Of a DNA stretch of 64,000 nucleotides, positions 22,671 to 37,059 are shown in pieces. The DNA is from Eledone cirrhosa (taxonomy: Eukaryota), in assembly GCA_964016885.1 (NCBI GenBank), contig OZ024748.1, positions 15,128,001 through 15,192,000 of the forward strand. The letters run 5' to 3'. The notes beneath the pieces are model-generated. The model did no database searches. It was not told where the DNA came from and saw only the letters and a list, made by a program, of their open reading frames with translations. How positions within the stretch are numbered: the first letter of the stretch is position 1; every line of letters begins with the position of its first letter. The translations under genes and the position numbers were made by a program.

Positions 22671-24163
22671 ATTTAAGATTTCACAATTTTAGCATCAATC
22701 TTTCATATTCAGCCTATGAACTTTTCAGCCAACCCACGTACTTCAGGCTGGGGGTTATGCAGCTTGATATCTAGTAATCCAATGCTGGCAAAACAACAAT
22801 GAAATGCTAAGTGAAAAAAGAACTATTAATGAAAGGAAGGTGAAGTGGCAGAATTATCAGATAAAAGGTTGGACAAATTTCCTTTTAATATTTGGAACTT
22901 TAAATCTGCTGAGATCAACTTTGTTCTTATCCTTCTTGTGTGGTGTCGATAAAGTGTGTCGATCAAGTACTAAAGTGATTTAATTGGCGAGTCATAATCT
23001 GTGTTCTTGTGCCAATATCATAAATCATTAATGACCATTATACACACACACAGACACATATATATATACACACATACACATACTTATATAAACATATATA
23101 TACAACATATATATTTATATAAATACAAGTGTGCATGTATATATATATATATATATATATAATCATTATATTACAACCAAGGAGACAGGCAGCATTTTGT
23201 TTGTCTGTTACAGATTAAGAGCATCAGGTATTTTATGAACACGCTAAGGAATGTTTGGCATAAGTTACAATATTAAGAATGAAATGATGAAAAACAAAAA
23301 CAAAACCAAACATAAAATAATATAAAATTAAGTAAAGAAAAAAGAAAACCTATATAGGTGTAGTCGAAAGAAATGTATAATGGGAAGTAGAATTGTATAT
23401 GAATATGAATTAATTCCAGAATCTAAGAAACAGATAGCTAGCTTAACTGACCTCACAAATCTACAGAGATATTTGTAAAAACAGACATTAAAAGGTATCA
23501 TTAGTGGCAATAATAAGCTATAAATTTATGCTTATGGATCAACTGGTTTCTAATGTACATTAGAATCTGAGCAGATCTAAGGAAATGGAATGATATCAAA
23601 ACTGATATTTTGATGCTAATGCTAAATTTAGCCAAATAGACATTAGAGAGCTTACCAAAACAATATCTGTACTGGTGATTTTAAAACCCCACCCATTTGG
23701 GGGGGGGGGGGGGCTATTCAAGTATAAGATATGATATACATCTGAAATATAGAAAGAATATTTTGCCAGCTACCAAGCATTTATTTCATAGGAAAATAAT
23801 CTTTTAAACCCTTCTTTACTATATATCTAATGAAACAAACAGCCTATAATTTCCAAACATTTTTTTTTAATAATCAAACATTTGGAAGGATTTAGTACTG
23901 TAACTAACTTTCTTACTGTTAAGTTGATGTTAGAAACATAACTTAATGAAAGTTCTTACATAAAATTATGCTGGAATGTGTTTATATAAATATAAACACT
24001 TTAAATCAAAAAGCTTTCTACATAGAACCAAGGACAGTTTGGGATCAAAAGGGTTAATAGAAATTCAGAGATATATCTTCATTGGTTTAATATGTGGATG
24101 TCGACACACATATATACATATACACAAAAAATGGATGTTAAATGATAATGATACACACTCATA

Positions 24164-24194
<31 letters not shown>

Positions 24195-24237
24195 CACACA
24201 CATACACATACATACACATACATACACACACACACAT

Positions 24238-24307
<70 letters not shown>

Positions 24308-25719
24308 TCATATATACATAATTTTTTTCTCAATGAATTGATTTTAATATAATGTCTGTCTTGTAAAGTTATAAAATAAACAAATGAGGAGACACATAGC
24401 TAAAGATTATTATGCAAAAATACAAAAACACACAACACAAAAAAAGTCATACAAATTAACTATATCTATCAATTTTGTAGCAGACAGAGAAAATTGATGA
24501 GAAAAAAAAACAATAATAATAATAAATGAAAAATATATAAAAAATATTGCAAACCCAAAATATAAAAAAAAAGAAGGCATACTCTAAGGTCAAAAGCATT
24601 TACAGAGATATTTTTGTTTTCACTCATTTTTTTCTATCTATATTTCTGTTATTATAATTTACTATGTCTCAAACTTGTAAATTTACTTGGATATTTTTTC
24701 ATCACAGAAGTAGTAGTTTATTGTACTATAAGTTTCTCTCTTTACTTTCTTTCTTTATTTCATTACTGTTTATCAAACTAGAATACTTGTGTGATTTACA
24801 ACTAGATTATTGACATCATTTTATAGGTTGCCGATGGTTTGTTGTTTGTTTGTTGTTTGTTTGTTGGTTGTTGTGTTTGTTTCTATCTGATTTCAGACAC
24901 ATTGTACTCACATGTCTACAGCTTGTTCTTCTTGCTTTCTCTTTTGTTCAACACAAATACATCACACACCAATGATATCTTGTATGTTTATTAATGTTTC
25001 ATTATGTATCTTCAAATGATATTCATAGGCTTCAAGAATGAATGACACATTTTTACTGTTTAACTTTTAACATCTTGTACTGCATGAAACCTCATTAACA
25101 CAACTTTTTTGAAAAGTATCAAAACAGCACTATGACTGCAGCACATTTAATATGAAAGTCCTTACGCTAATATGGCAAATTTGTACCATGATCTGTCTAC
25201 TAATAAAGATACTAGAAATATTTGAATTAACAAACCACATGAATTTACATTAGCAAGACATTATTGAAAAGTAAGATCTTTATTCTAATGTGTTCAAAAT
25301 AAAGATCTTTATTATAATGTGATGAATTTCCACAGCAATCTGTCCATAGTAAAGATATGATGAGAATTTGCATTGACGAACCTGGTTTCATATATTTTCT
25401 GATAAATCATACAGGGCGTTAAGAGTTAATCAGGGAGAAAAGGACAGTACAAATGATTCTTTTCTGAGGCCACCCTCACCTCCACCGAATTGTGAAAGTG
25501 ATGCCACCAAACTGGAAACCTCACCTGAATGCTTGAAATATAGTTGAGTTCAATGAAGGCCCCCAAGTGGGTTTAAAACAAGTAAGGGGTTAACTCAATG
25601 AAGAATTTAAAAGAATTTGGTAAAATATAATAACTAACTAACTAAAATATAATAAATACTAACTAACTAACTTTACTATTGATGATGGTTAATACTCAAT
25701 CAGGTTTCAATAAAGAGCA

Positions 25720-25812
25720 TTCAGTCATTTGATCAACAGAACATCTGGCTTGTGAATTAACATATAAGTGGTTGAGAACATTAATGTAATTCTCAGACTG
25801 GATCAGCATGAG
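25720..25812 (-). mobile_element. SINE family 3 body fragment leading into the minisatellite
   Basis: Reverse-complement similarity to 39470-39565 (CTGAGAATTA...TGTTC.CAGCCACTT..TTAAT..CACAAGC...GGTCAAAT). Confidence 0.6.
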
Positions 25813-28800
25813 ATGAGACACTAGGTGACAAGACCAAACCTTTTGAATTAGAGGTACAACTGGCATGAGACAACAGGTGACAAGACCAAACCCTTTGAAT
25901 TAGCGGTACAACTGGCATGAGACACTAGGTGACAAGACCAAACCTTTTGAATTAGCAGTACAACTGGCATGAGACAACAGGTGACAAGACCAAACCTTTT
26001 GAATTAGCGGTACAACTGGCATGAGACAACAGGTGACAAGACCAAACCTTTTGAATTAGCGGTACAACTGGCATGAGACACTAGGTGACAAGACCAAACC
26101 TTTTGAATTAGAGGTACAACTGGCATGAGACACTAGGTGACAAGACGAAACCTTTTGAATTAGCAGTACAACTGGCATGAGACAACAGGTGACAAGACCA
26201 AACCTTTTGAATTAGCGGTACAACTGGCATGAGACACTAGGTGACAAGACCAAACCTTTTGAATTAGCGGTACAACTGGCATGAGACACTAGGTGACAAG
26301 ACCAAACCTTTTGAATTAGAGGTACAACTGGCATGAGACACTAGGTGACAAGACCAAACCTTTTGAATTAGCGGTACAACTGGCATGAGACAACAGGTGA
26401 CAAGACCAAACCTTTTGAATTAGCGGTACAACTGGCATGAGACAACAGGTGACAAGACCAAACCTTTTGAATTAGCGGTACAACTGGCATGAGACACTAG
26501 GTGACAAGACCAAACCTTTTGAATTAGCGGTACAACTGGCATGAGACACTAGGTGACAAGACCAAACCTTTTGAATTAGCAGTACAACTGGCATGAGACA
26601 ACAGGTGACAAGACCAAACCTTTTGAATTAGCGGTACAACTGGCATGAGACAACAGGTGACAAGACCAAACCTTTTGAATTAGCGGTACAACTGGCATGA
26701 GACAACAGGTGACAAGACCAAACCTTTTGAATTAGCGGTACAACTGGCATGAGACACTAGGTGACAAGACCAAACCTTTTGAATTAGCGGTACAACTGGC
26801 ATGAGACAACAGGTGACAAGACCAAACCTTTTGAATTAGCGGTACAACTGGCATGAGACAACAGGTGACAAGACCAAACCTTTTGAATTAGCGGTACAAC
26901 TGGCATGAGACACTAGGTGACAAGACCAAACCTTTTGAATTAGCGGTACAACTGGCATGAGACAACAGGTGACAAGACCAAACCTTTTGAATTAGCGGTA
27001 CAACTGGCATGAGACAACAGGTGACAAGACCAAACCTTTTGAATTAGCGGTACAACTGGCATGAGACAACAGGTGACAAGACCAAACCTTTTGAATTAGC
27101 GGTACAACTGGCATGAGACACTAGGTGACAAGACCAAACCTTTTGAATTAGCGGTACAACTGGCATGAGACAACAGGTGACAAGACCAAACCTTTTGAAT
27201 TAGCGGTACAACTGGCATGAGACAACAGGTGACAAGACCAAACCTTTTGAATTAGCGGTACAACTGGCATGAGACAACAGGTGACAAGACCAAACCTTTT
27301 GAATTAGCGGTACAACTGGCATGAGACACTAGGTGACAAGACCAAACCTTTTGAATTAGCGGTACAACTGGCATGAGACAACAGGTGACAAGACCAAACC
27401 TTTTGAATTAGCGGTACAACTGGCATGAGACAACAGGTGACAAGACCAAACCTTTTGAATTAGCGGTACAACTGGCATGAGACAACAGGTGACAAGACCA
27501 AACCTTTTGAATTAGCGGTACAACTGGCATGAGACAACAGGTGACAAGACCAAACCTTTTGAATTAGCGGTACAACTGGCATGAGACAACAGGTGACAAG
27601 ACCAAACCTTTTGAATTAGCGGTACAACTGGCATGAGACAACAGGTGACAAGACCAAACCTTTTGAATTAGCGGTACAACTGGCATGAGACAACAGGTGA
27701 CAAGACCAAACCTTTTGAATTAGCGGTACAACTGGCATGAGACACTAGGTGACAAGACCAAACCTTTTGAATTAGCGGTACAACTGGCATGAGACAACAG
27801 GTGACAAGACCAAACCTTTTGAATTAGCGGTACAACTGGCATGAGACAACAGGTGACAAGACCAAACCTTTTGAATTAGCGGTACAACTGGCATGAGACA
27901 ACAGGTGACAAGACCAAACCTTTTGAATTAGCGGTACAACTGGCATGAGACACTAGGTGACAATACCAAACCTTTTGAATTAGCGGTACAACTGGCATGA
28001 GACAACAGGTGACAAGACCAAACCTTTTGAATTAGCGGTACAACTGGCATGAGACAACAGGTGACAAGACCAAACCTTTTGAATTAGCGGTACAACTGGC
28101 ATGAGACAACAGGTGACAAGACCAAACCTTTTGAATTAGCGGTACAACTGGCATGAGACACTAGGTGACAAGACCAAACCTTTTGAATTAGCGGTACAAC
28201 TGGCATGAGACAACAGGTGACAAGACCAAACCTTTTGAATTAGCGGTACAACTGGCATGAGACAACAGGTGACAAGACCAAACCTTTTGAATTAGCGGTA
28301 CAACTGGCATGAGACAACAGGTGACAAGACCAAACCTTTTGAATTAGCGGTACAACTGGCATGAGACAACAGGTGACAAGACCAAACCTTTTGAATTAGC
28401 GGTACAACTGGCATGAGACAACAGGTGACAAGACCAAACCTTTTGAATTAGCGGTACAACTGGCATGAGACACTAGGTGACAAGACCAAACCTTTTGAAT
28501 TAGAAGTACAACTGGCATGAGACACTAGGTGACAAGACCAAACCTTTTGAATTAGCGGTACAACTGGCATGAGACACTAGGTGAAAAGACGAAACCTTTT
28601 GAATTAGCGGTACAACTGGCATGAGACAACAGGTGACAAGACCAAACCTTTTGAATTAGCGGTACAACTGGCATGAGACAACAGGTGACAAGACCAAACC
28701 TTTTGAATTAGCGGTACAACTGGCATGAGACAACAGGTGACAAGACCAAACCTTTTGAATTAGCGGTACAACTGGCATGAGACAACAGGTGACAAGACCA

Positions 28801-30200
28801 AACCTTTTGAATTAGCGGTACAACTGGCATGAGACAACAGGTGACAAGACCAAACCTTTTGAATTAGCGGTACAACTGGCATGAGACACTAGGTGACAAG
28901 ACCAAACCTTTTGAATTAGAGGTACAACTGGCATGAGACACTAGGTGACAAGACCAAACCTTTTGAATTAGCGGTACAACTGGCATGAGACACTAGGTGA
29001 CAAGACGAAACCTTTTGAATTAGCGGTACAACTGGCATGAGACAACAGGTGACAAGACCAAACCTTTTGAATTAGCGGTACAACTGGCATGAGACAACAG
29101 GTGACAAGACCAAACCTTTTGAATTAGCGGTACAACTGGCATGAGACAACAGGTGACAAGACGAAACCTTTTGAATTAGCGGTACAACTGGCATGAGACA
29201 ACAGGTGACAAGACCAAACCTTTTGAATTAGCGGTACAACTGGCATGAGACACTAGGTGACAAGACCAAACCTTTTGAATTAGCGGTACAACTGGCATGA
29301 GACAACAGGTGACAAGACCAAACCTTTTGAATTAGCGGTACAACTGGCATGAGACACTAGGTGACAAGACCAAACCTTTTGAATTAGAGGTACAACTGGC
29401 ATGAGACACTAGGTGACAAGACCAAACCTTTTGAATTAGCGGTACAACTGGCATGAGACACTAGGTGACAAGACGAAACCTTTTGAATTAGAGGTACAAC
29501 TGGCATGAGACAACAGGTGACAAGACCAAACCTTTTGAATTAGCGGTACAACTGGCATGAGACAACAGGTGACAAGACCAAACCTTTTGAATTAGCGGTA
29601 CAACTGGCATGAGACAACAGGTGACAAGACCAAACCTTTTGAATTAGCGGTACAACTGGCATGAGACAACAGGTGACAAGACCAAACCTTTTGAATTAGC
29701 GGTACAACTGGCATGAGACAACAGGTGACAAGACCAAACCTTTTGAATTAGCGGTACAACTGGCATGAGACACTAGGTGACAAGACCAAACCTTTTGAAT
29801 TAGCGGTACAACTGGCATGAGACACTAGGTGACAAGACGAAACCTTTTGAATTAGCGGTACAACTGGCATGAGACAACAGGTGACAAGACCAAACCTTTT
29901 GAATTAGCGGTACAACTGGCATGAGACACTAGGTGACAAGACCAAACCTTTTGAATTAGCGGTACAACTGGCATGAGACAACAGGTGACAAGACCAAACC
30001 TTTTGAATTAGCGGTACAACTGGCATGAGACACTAGGTGACAAGACCAAACCTTTTGAATTAGAGGTACAACTGGCATGAGACACTAGGTGACAAGACCA
30101 AAGTCTTTGAATTACAGGTACAATTTATCTGAGACAATAGACAACAAGACCAAACCTTTTGAATTACAGGTACAATCAGTTTGAAACAATAGGTGACAAA
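25813..30200. repeat. 52-bp minisatellite, ~84 copies, highly homogeneous
   Basis: Unit GGCATGAGACA(AC/CT)AGGTGACAAGACCAAACCTTTTGAATTAGCGGTACAACT; period measured as 52 (25861 to 25913); degenerate units at the 3' edge. Confidence 0.98.
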
Positions 30201-30563
30201 ACATATACATACATAACATATGCAATCTATTTCACAAACTTCCTTCCACACATTATTAAACTCTTGTTTGAAAAATAATTTTAAATGTTCCGGCATAAAC
30301 AATTTATTGGCATTGGCAGTTTACATTTAAAATATACATGCATTAAAACAGACAGGTATGTGTCATAGAATAGGGGAAAACCTCAGGCAGGTTGGTATTA
30401 AGAGGGTTAAAGCATTCTAAAACATAAAAAAAATTAAATGATAAAAGAGTGAAAGACATTTTTCTTACTCTTCAAAATTTTAATTAACTGTCAAAGATAC
30501 ATATTAATATTTTGTTCTTTTAAAATCTGAATTTGGATATAATGATTGATCATACATGTGTGC

Positions 30564-30606
<43 letters not shown>

Positions 30607-30694
30607 TAATGGAAACTAATATAATAATGATAAATTGACATGGAAGATTATTTTGATGACCCATCCAGCCCACGTAAGCTAGGAGAATGGACAG

Positions 30695-30856
30695 AAAAAG
30701 AAGGAAAAAAGAAGAAGAAGAAGGAAAAAAGAGGAAGAAGAAGAAGGAGAAAAAGAAGAAGGAAAGAAGAAGAAGAAGGAAAGAAGAAGAAGAAGAAGAA
30801 GAAGAAGAAGAAGAAGAAGAAGAAGAAGAAGAAGAAGAAGAAGAAGAAGAAGAAGA
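30695..30856. repeat. (GAA)n microsatellite
   Basis: Pure GAA run at ~30781-30855 with a degenerate 5' part. Confidence 0.95.
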
Positions 30857-31541
30857 TATTGATGATTATGATGATGAATAAAATATATATACATATATAT
30901 ATTCCTCATGAAATATATATACATATATTCTTCATGAAATCTAGGATAAATCTGCTTTTCCCCTAATTTGTAAATGTCATCCATTTTCAATACAGCAAAC
31001 TTAATGAACTAGCAGCAACAGAAGAAGGAATGATGAGAAGGGGGGGGGGGGAGAATTCTATTGATCCAGTTAAGTTTGATATCTTAAATCACTTGTGTTT
31101 AATATACAAGGAATTATTATATGTCAGATTAATATATAGGGATAGAATTAAGTTCATGCTAATAAGCACTGACATATTTCCAATTATACAGTTTTAATCA
31201 GCAAACTTCTGATATCCTACTCAGCATACAGCATTTCCATTCAAAATTATACACACATACATCCATATATATATACACACACACATATATAAATTTGTAC
31301 ACATATATACACATACATACAGAGATAGAGATAGATAGATAGATACATACCCACACACATACATCTATCTATTAATCTCTCTACCTATCTATACCCTGCT
31401 ATATATATGTAAGTGTGCATGATAATGTGTTTGTTTGAGAGCTAGAGAGGAGAGAGAGAGAGAGTGAGAGAGAGGGGGGTGCAAAGAAAGAGAGGAGTAA
31501 GAAAGAGAGAGAAAGGGGAATAAACAGAGTGAGGAGAGGAA

Positions 31542-31660
31542 AGAGAGTGGGAGGAAGAAACAGAGAGTGGGGGGAAGAAACAGAGAGTGGGGGGAAGAAA
31601 CAGAGAGTGGGGGGAAGAAACAGAGAGTGGGGGGAAGAAACATAGAGTGAGGGAAGGAAA
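31542..31660. repeat. 20-bp G-rich tandem repeat
   Basis: CAGAGAGTGGGGGGAAGAAA x4 perfect plus 2 degenerate units. Confidence 0.9.
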
Positions 31661-32020
31661 GAGAGGGAGGGGGAGAAGAAACAGAGACCGAAAGAAAGAA
31701 AGTGAGAGAGCTACCTTAAGTATTTTAAATATGGATTCTCACATCAAAAAGATATTTTTATGTCCATTAACAACCAAAACTGAAATATTCTAAACACACA
31801 TAATTTGAGTGCATTAAAACTGGAAATTAGATGATAGCATGAAATATTAGATATATGTATGTATCTGTCTGTCTATCTATCTATATACAAATACATATAT
31901 ACATAACATAATTACATATGTACATACACACATTCAAACATACATATATACATAACAACTATATACATACAAAATCATACATATATACATATACACACTT
32001 ACATACATACATATACACAC

Positions 32021-32051
<31 letters not shown>

Positions 32052-32558
32052 CATACATACATACATACATACATACATACATACATACATACATACATAC
32101 ATACATACATAATCATACATATACATACATAATCAGACATATACACATATACACACTTACATACATACAAACATACAATCATACATACACCACTATTAAA
32201 TAGCTGTGAATACATTGAGGGTATAATCCCTTGAGGGTGAAAATATTAAATGATTGCCTCTGGGAATTGAACTTAGTGGCTGTTAACTTTAGTGTAATGG
32301 TAACACAGTTTTCTGGCATATAAGCAAATGTGATAATTCATGTGCCTCTGTTCTTTGCATTATATCAAGAACACAATAAATTCAATCTCCCAGGCGTTTC
32401 ATAAACTTTTTATATGTAATGTTTACAATCATCATAGGTCTGCTTTCCTCAATCAGTGTTGGCCTGAGACCAAATGACAACTCTATAATCTTTAAAAAAA
32501 AAAAAACAATCATCAGATTGGACCAGAGAAACAAATGTTTCCATTGGTGTTTCCTATA

Positions 32559-32764
32559 TTAACTCTTTAGCATTTAAACTGGCCATATCCAGTCAGAACT
32601 CTCTCACCTCTTTCTGTTCAAACTGGCTACTCATACCTAGTTTAAAGTTATGTTCTCAAAATAAATAATATCAAAATCTCATAGATTCCATATTATGTGA
32701 GATAAATATGTAAGATAAAGCCTTTACTGTGAAAATACAATAATGTAAAATGCCAGAGGGTTAA
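32559..32764. mobile_element. piggyBac-like MITE, complete
   Basis: TTAA-CTCTTTAGCATTT ... AAATGCCAGAGGG-TTAA. Confidence 0.8.
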
Positions 32765-33990
32765 TACTATCGGTTGGTTACAACTCCTGGCAGAGTGAGG
32801 CACAATTTGAACTCAGAACACATATCTGACAAAGCTGGGTTGGATATTGTAAAGCATTTAAGCCAGCCATTTAAAAAATTCTGCCAAGGCACTGCTCCTA
32901 GTCCGGTACTTTATCAACGTTAAAAGGATAAAAAGCAGTCAGGGATGGATTTATTAGGGGCAGCGGAGGTGAATGCCCAGGGCACTCTTTGTCAAACAGC
33001 CCCCCCCCCCTCCCTCCCTCACAGAAGAGCCCCATCCACATCCTCTCCAAACAGGACTCATCTTTGAACAGGCCTCCTGACAACTTTTAATAACAGAGTT
33101 AGAAAGGGCGCTCTTAAAGTGTTTGCTGTTGTTACATGAGAGGCCCACCAAACCTAAACTGCCCCAGTCATCCCCAAGATCTAAATATTGCCCTGACCTC
33201 AGTGAAATTCGAATATGGAGTATAGAAAACCAAAATAAATTCTATGGCTTTTATTGTAACACCCTAACCACGCTACCAATTCCTCACATACATTTTTTTA
33301 ACATGAATAAAATATAAGCTAGATCATGCTTCCATCTAAAGAATATAGAAGATCTTAATAGCAATTAGTGTTGGTTATTAAAATATATAAAGGAACAATA
33401 ATTTACATAACTGATAAATATAATTCAACTTCATTGACCAAATTAAAAATACAATTATACAGATAAAATAACAAAATTGCATTAAGCAAAATTTATGCTG
33501 AAAATCCCAGGTTATAGGAATTGTTATTTGGTAATTCAATTAAAAACATGTAACTATTAAAATTGCTTGCAAATTACTTATTAATTATTCATTAGTCTTG
33601 CTAACAATGATGTTTTATTCAAATTAGTTTCTTTTTAAACAATCTGAGCAACATCATGAGGAAATAATATAGCTAGGTTATTTAAAGATTTATTTCAGAT
33701 ATTCACATTTTGTTGCAGTCCGTAAAAATCAAATGAAAATAAAACACATTGTGAAAATTTATTTCCTTATAATTCTTTAATATGAAAATATAATGGAATG
33801 AAATGAAATTTACAGCTGACACCTATGCATGATTTACTGGTCAACTGTGAGATACTATCTTATAGAAGGTTTCTTGGGTGTTTCAATTATAGGGGAGTGA
33901 ATCCTATCATGAATAGTGATAAAGTTATATCGGTAAATAATACAGGGTAAATAATTGCGACTCCATCAATATGTGTATATCTATTTATCT

Positions 33991-34020
<30 letters not shown>

Positions 34021-34022
<2 letters not shown>

Positions 34023-34134
34023 CATCATTGTTTAATGTCCATCTTCCACGCTAGCATGAGTTAGACAGTTTTGACCCATTTGATGGAAAATTGGTCAGGA
34101 GACTGTGTCTCGCTCGTATGGAACTCTCTGGCTT
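34021..34134 (-). mobile_element. Extremely 5'-truncated RTE subfamily B tail inside a (TA)n tract
   Basis: Reverse complement matches 19675-19800 (AAGCCAGA..GTTCC..TCTAAC.CATGCTAGCGTGGAAGA.GGAC..AAAC..TGATGAT); (TA)n on both sides. Confidence 0.8.
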
Positions 34135-34636
34135 ATATATATATATATATATATATATAAATATATCCATACACTTATCTAATATGTAGGCAGGATTTGC
34201 TGATCAACTATGAGGTTTCATCTAATTGAATGTTTCTTGGGAGTTTTAATTATTATGGAAACGCATTTTATCAGGAATAGTGATAAAGTTATATTTGTAT
34301 AAAAACACAGATATATATATATATATATATATCTAATAAGAAGGCATGTTGGCGCAGTCTTGGTTACAAAGTCTGTATTTATACAGATATAACTTTATTA
34401 TACACTTCGGCTCCTGCTGCACTTCTTAAACCCACAACCTTATTAACATGTGTTCAATATCCTAACCACTGCATGTGTGAATTAATGCATGTAGAGTGTG
34501 TGTGTATGCATGTATGTGTGTGTCTGTGTTTGTATGTGAGTGCGTCCGTCATTTTTTGTCAGATGTTAGTATTGGATAAACATAGTTAAGAGCAGAGGAG
34601 TGTGTTTGTGCATGTTAATATGTGTGTATGTATGTG

Positions 34637-34721
<85 letters not shown>

Positions 34722-35819
34722 ATATATATATGTGTGTGTATATATATGTGTGTGTGTGTGTGTAATGTATGGGTTTCTAAATGTGAGAGAGTGTGAGTGA
34801 ATGTGTCATTTATTGTCAGATACTAAAAGTATTAGATAAACATTGGTTAAACACTGGTTAAGAGCAGACAAGTGTGTGTGGTGTGATGCAGTGTGTGTGT
34901 GTGCATATGTGCCTGCATGGGTGTGGGTATATGCACCTGTATGTTGTTCTATGTGTGTATGTGTGAGTATACATGTGCATCTGTATGTGAAAGTACACAC
35001 ATGTGTGTGTCTGCATGTGAGTGCATAAGCATGTATATATATATATATGTATTTATATTATATATACATTTGTATGAGATTGTACATGTGTGTGTGTGTG
35101 TGCGTTTGTATGTTTGTATATATACACGTGTACGTGTATATACATACATGTAAGAGTATGTGTGTGTGTGTGAGTGGGTACGCGCATGTTTGTATGTATA
35201 TATATATATACATGTGTATACATATGCATAAGTATGTGAATGTACATGTGTAAGTAGCCATGTGCATGTTTGTATATATATATATATATATATACATGTG
35301 TATGCATTTGTATTTGTATGTCATTATTGTCATATGCTTAGTCAAAAGTATTAGATAAACATTAGTGAAGAGGAAAGGTGAGTGTTTAGAAAAACCTTTC
35401 AGAGAAAAACAATCTACGAAAGCCAAATGACTACATTAAAGTCAGCTGAAAGAGAGATTATTGAATATAATGGTAGACCAGGATTTCAAAAATTCAGTCA
35501 ATTCAACATATAGATCTCAATTTGTTATTCAAACAAAACTGTGTTGCATCCAAAAGAAAAGAAAAAAATCAGTTTTTAGGAATGGTTAATGTTAAGAGAT
35601 TTCTTTAACCCATTGACTAAAAATATTTTACACGTTAACCCTGTGGCATTTAAACCGGCTGTATCCAGCCAGAATTCTCACACCTCTTTCTATTCAAACT
35701 GGCCACTCATACTGATGTTAAGTTATTGTTCTCAAAATAAACCTCGGAGATTTAAGATCACGTGAGATGATTATGTGAGGTAAAGCTTTTACCACAAAAA
35801 TACAATAGTATATATAGAA

Positions 35820-35990
35820 TAATTGTTTCTACTTTTGGTACAAGGCCAGCAATTACCCAGTGCATTACCCCGTAAGGATGAAAGGCAAAGTTAACCTCGG
35901 CGGGATTTGAACTCAGAATGGCAAGGGCCGTAACTCTATGCATCAAAGGATGGCGTCCGACCCTCTATCGATACTGCCAATCCACCATAG
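35820..35990 (-). mobile_element. SINE family 2 copy adjoining MITE 35635-35820
   Basis: Reverse complement of the family consensus, including GGATTGGCAGTATCG and GAGTTCAAATCCC. Confidence 0.8.
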
Positions 35991-36665
35991 ATGAATGTAC
36001 CACATGAACATATTATAGAACATAATGTATGTGATAAAAAGGCTCCCAGTCCACACAGTAAATGTGGTTGGTGTTAGGAATGGCATCCAGCTCTAGAAAA
36101 CTTGGTATTCCAGTTCCAACAATATTCAACTGCATGCCAACAACCTGGTACTGTACTAACTACGTTTGATTGTATCCCAGTATTCCAGTCTCAGACATGT
36201 TTGACTATATCCCACTAAACCAATATCCTATTCTATTACACACATCTGTTTATTAGATATTTACACCACTTTCTACATGAATCTGCAATCATCTTACACT
36301 CTTGCCTTAGCCTAAGTTCTTCCTGAAGGCATTGCTGTGGTTTTTGTTAAATTCATAAAGTATACAAACTTTTGTAATTTGTAGAGTGAACAGAGTGCAT
36401 TTTATCTTGACACTGGAAACACCTTTTTACAGAGTGGGCTGGGTGCAATTTATGATGGCATCAGTGCAACCACTAGCAGAGTGCACTGGGTAACTCAATC
36501 ACTGATAAAAAAAACCTTCAGTTTTCACAATACAGCAATCAATAATCAAATATAGTGAACTTTTTATTTGTTATAAAAGGAAAAAGAGTTCAAGTTATGC
36601 CATAGGCAAACCATTAGCTTCTGTTACATTACTTATTTCAGTTATTCTATTTCAAAAAAAAAAGG

Positions 36666-36696
<31 letters not shown>

Positions 36697-37059
36697 TATA
36701 TATATATATAAAAGAACAAAATTATATATATCTATATATCACTTCATCCATAACTAGAAGTTTAACATTAGAAAGATCATCCTAATTGTAAATATTTCAC
36801 ACAAAAATTCATATAAAATGGTGACATTTTCACTAATACACAAATCACTGAAAAACAGGAGAGCATTTTGTTTTTCAGAGACCAATCCTTACAGGTTAAT
36901 TCAAATAGCTTTATTTCTATTTTAAAAAACAACAAAAATGCACAGAATGTATTTTTATGACAAAGATTTCTATTTTTTTTTTTAAGAGGAAGGAAGCATC
37001 TGAAAATTTCAGTGATGGTTGCATTGAAAAATAAGTTCAAACTTTTTAAAAAAATCAAC

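Noticed and set aside
24897-24981. Possible small exon (TTTCAG...GTATGT)
   Set aside because: Splice-like ends only; no recognisable peptide and no partner exons.
25813-30200. CRISPR-like array or coding repeat
   Set aside because: Units are contiguous with no unique spacers, there are no cas genes and the context is eukaryotic. A 52-bp unit shifts frame and hits stops, and no long ORF spans the array.
30640-30990. Poly-K, poly-E and poly-L ORFs
   Set aside because: (GAA)n microsatellite.
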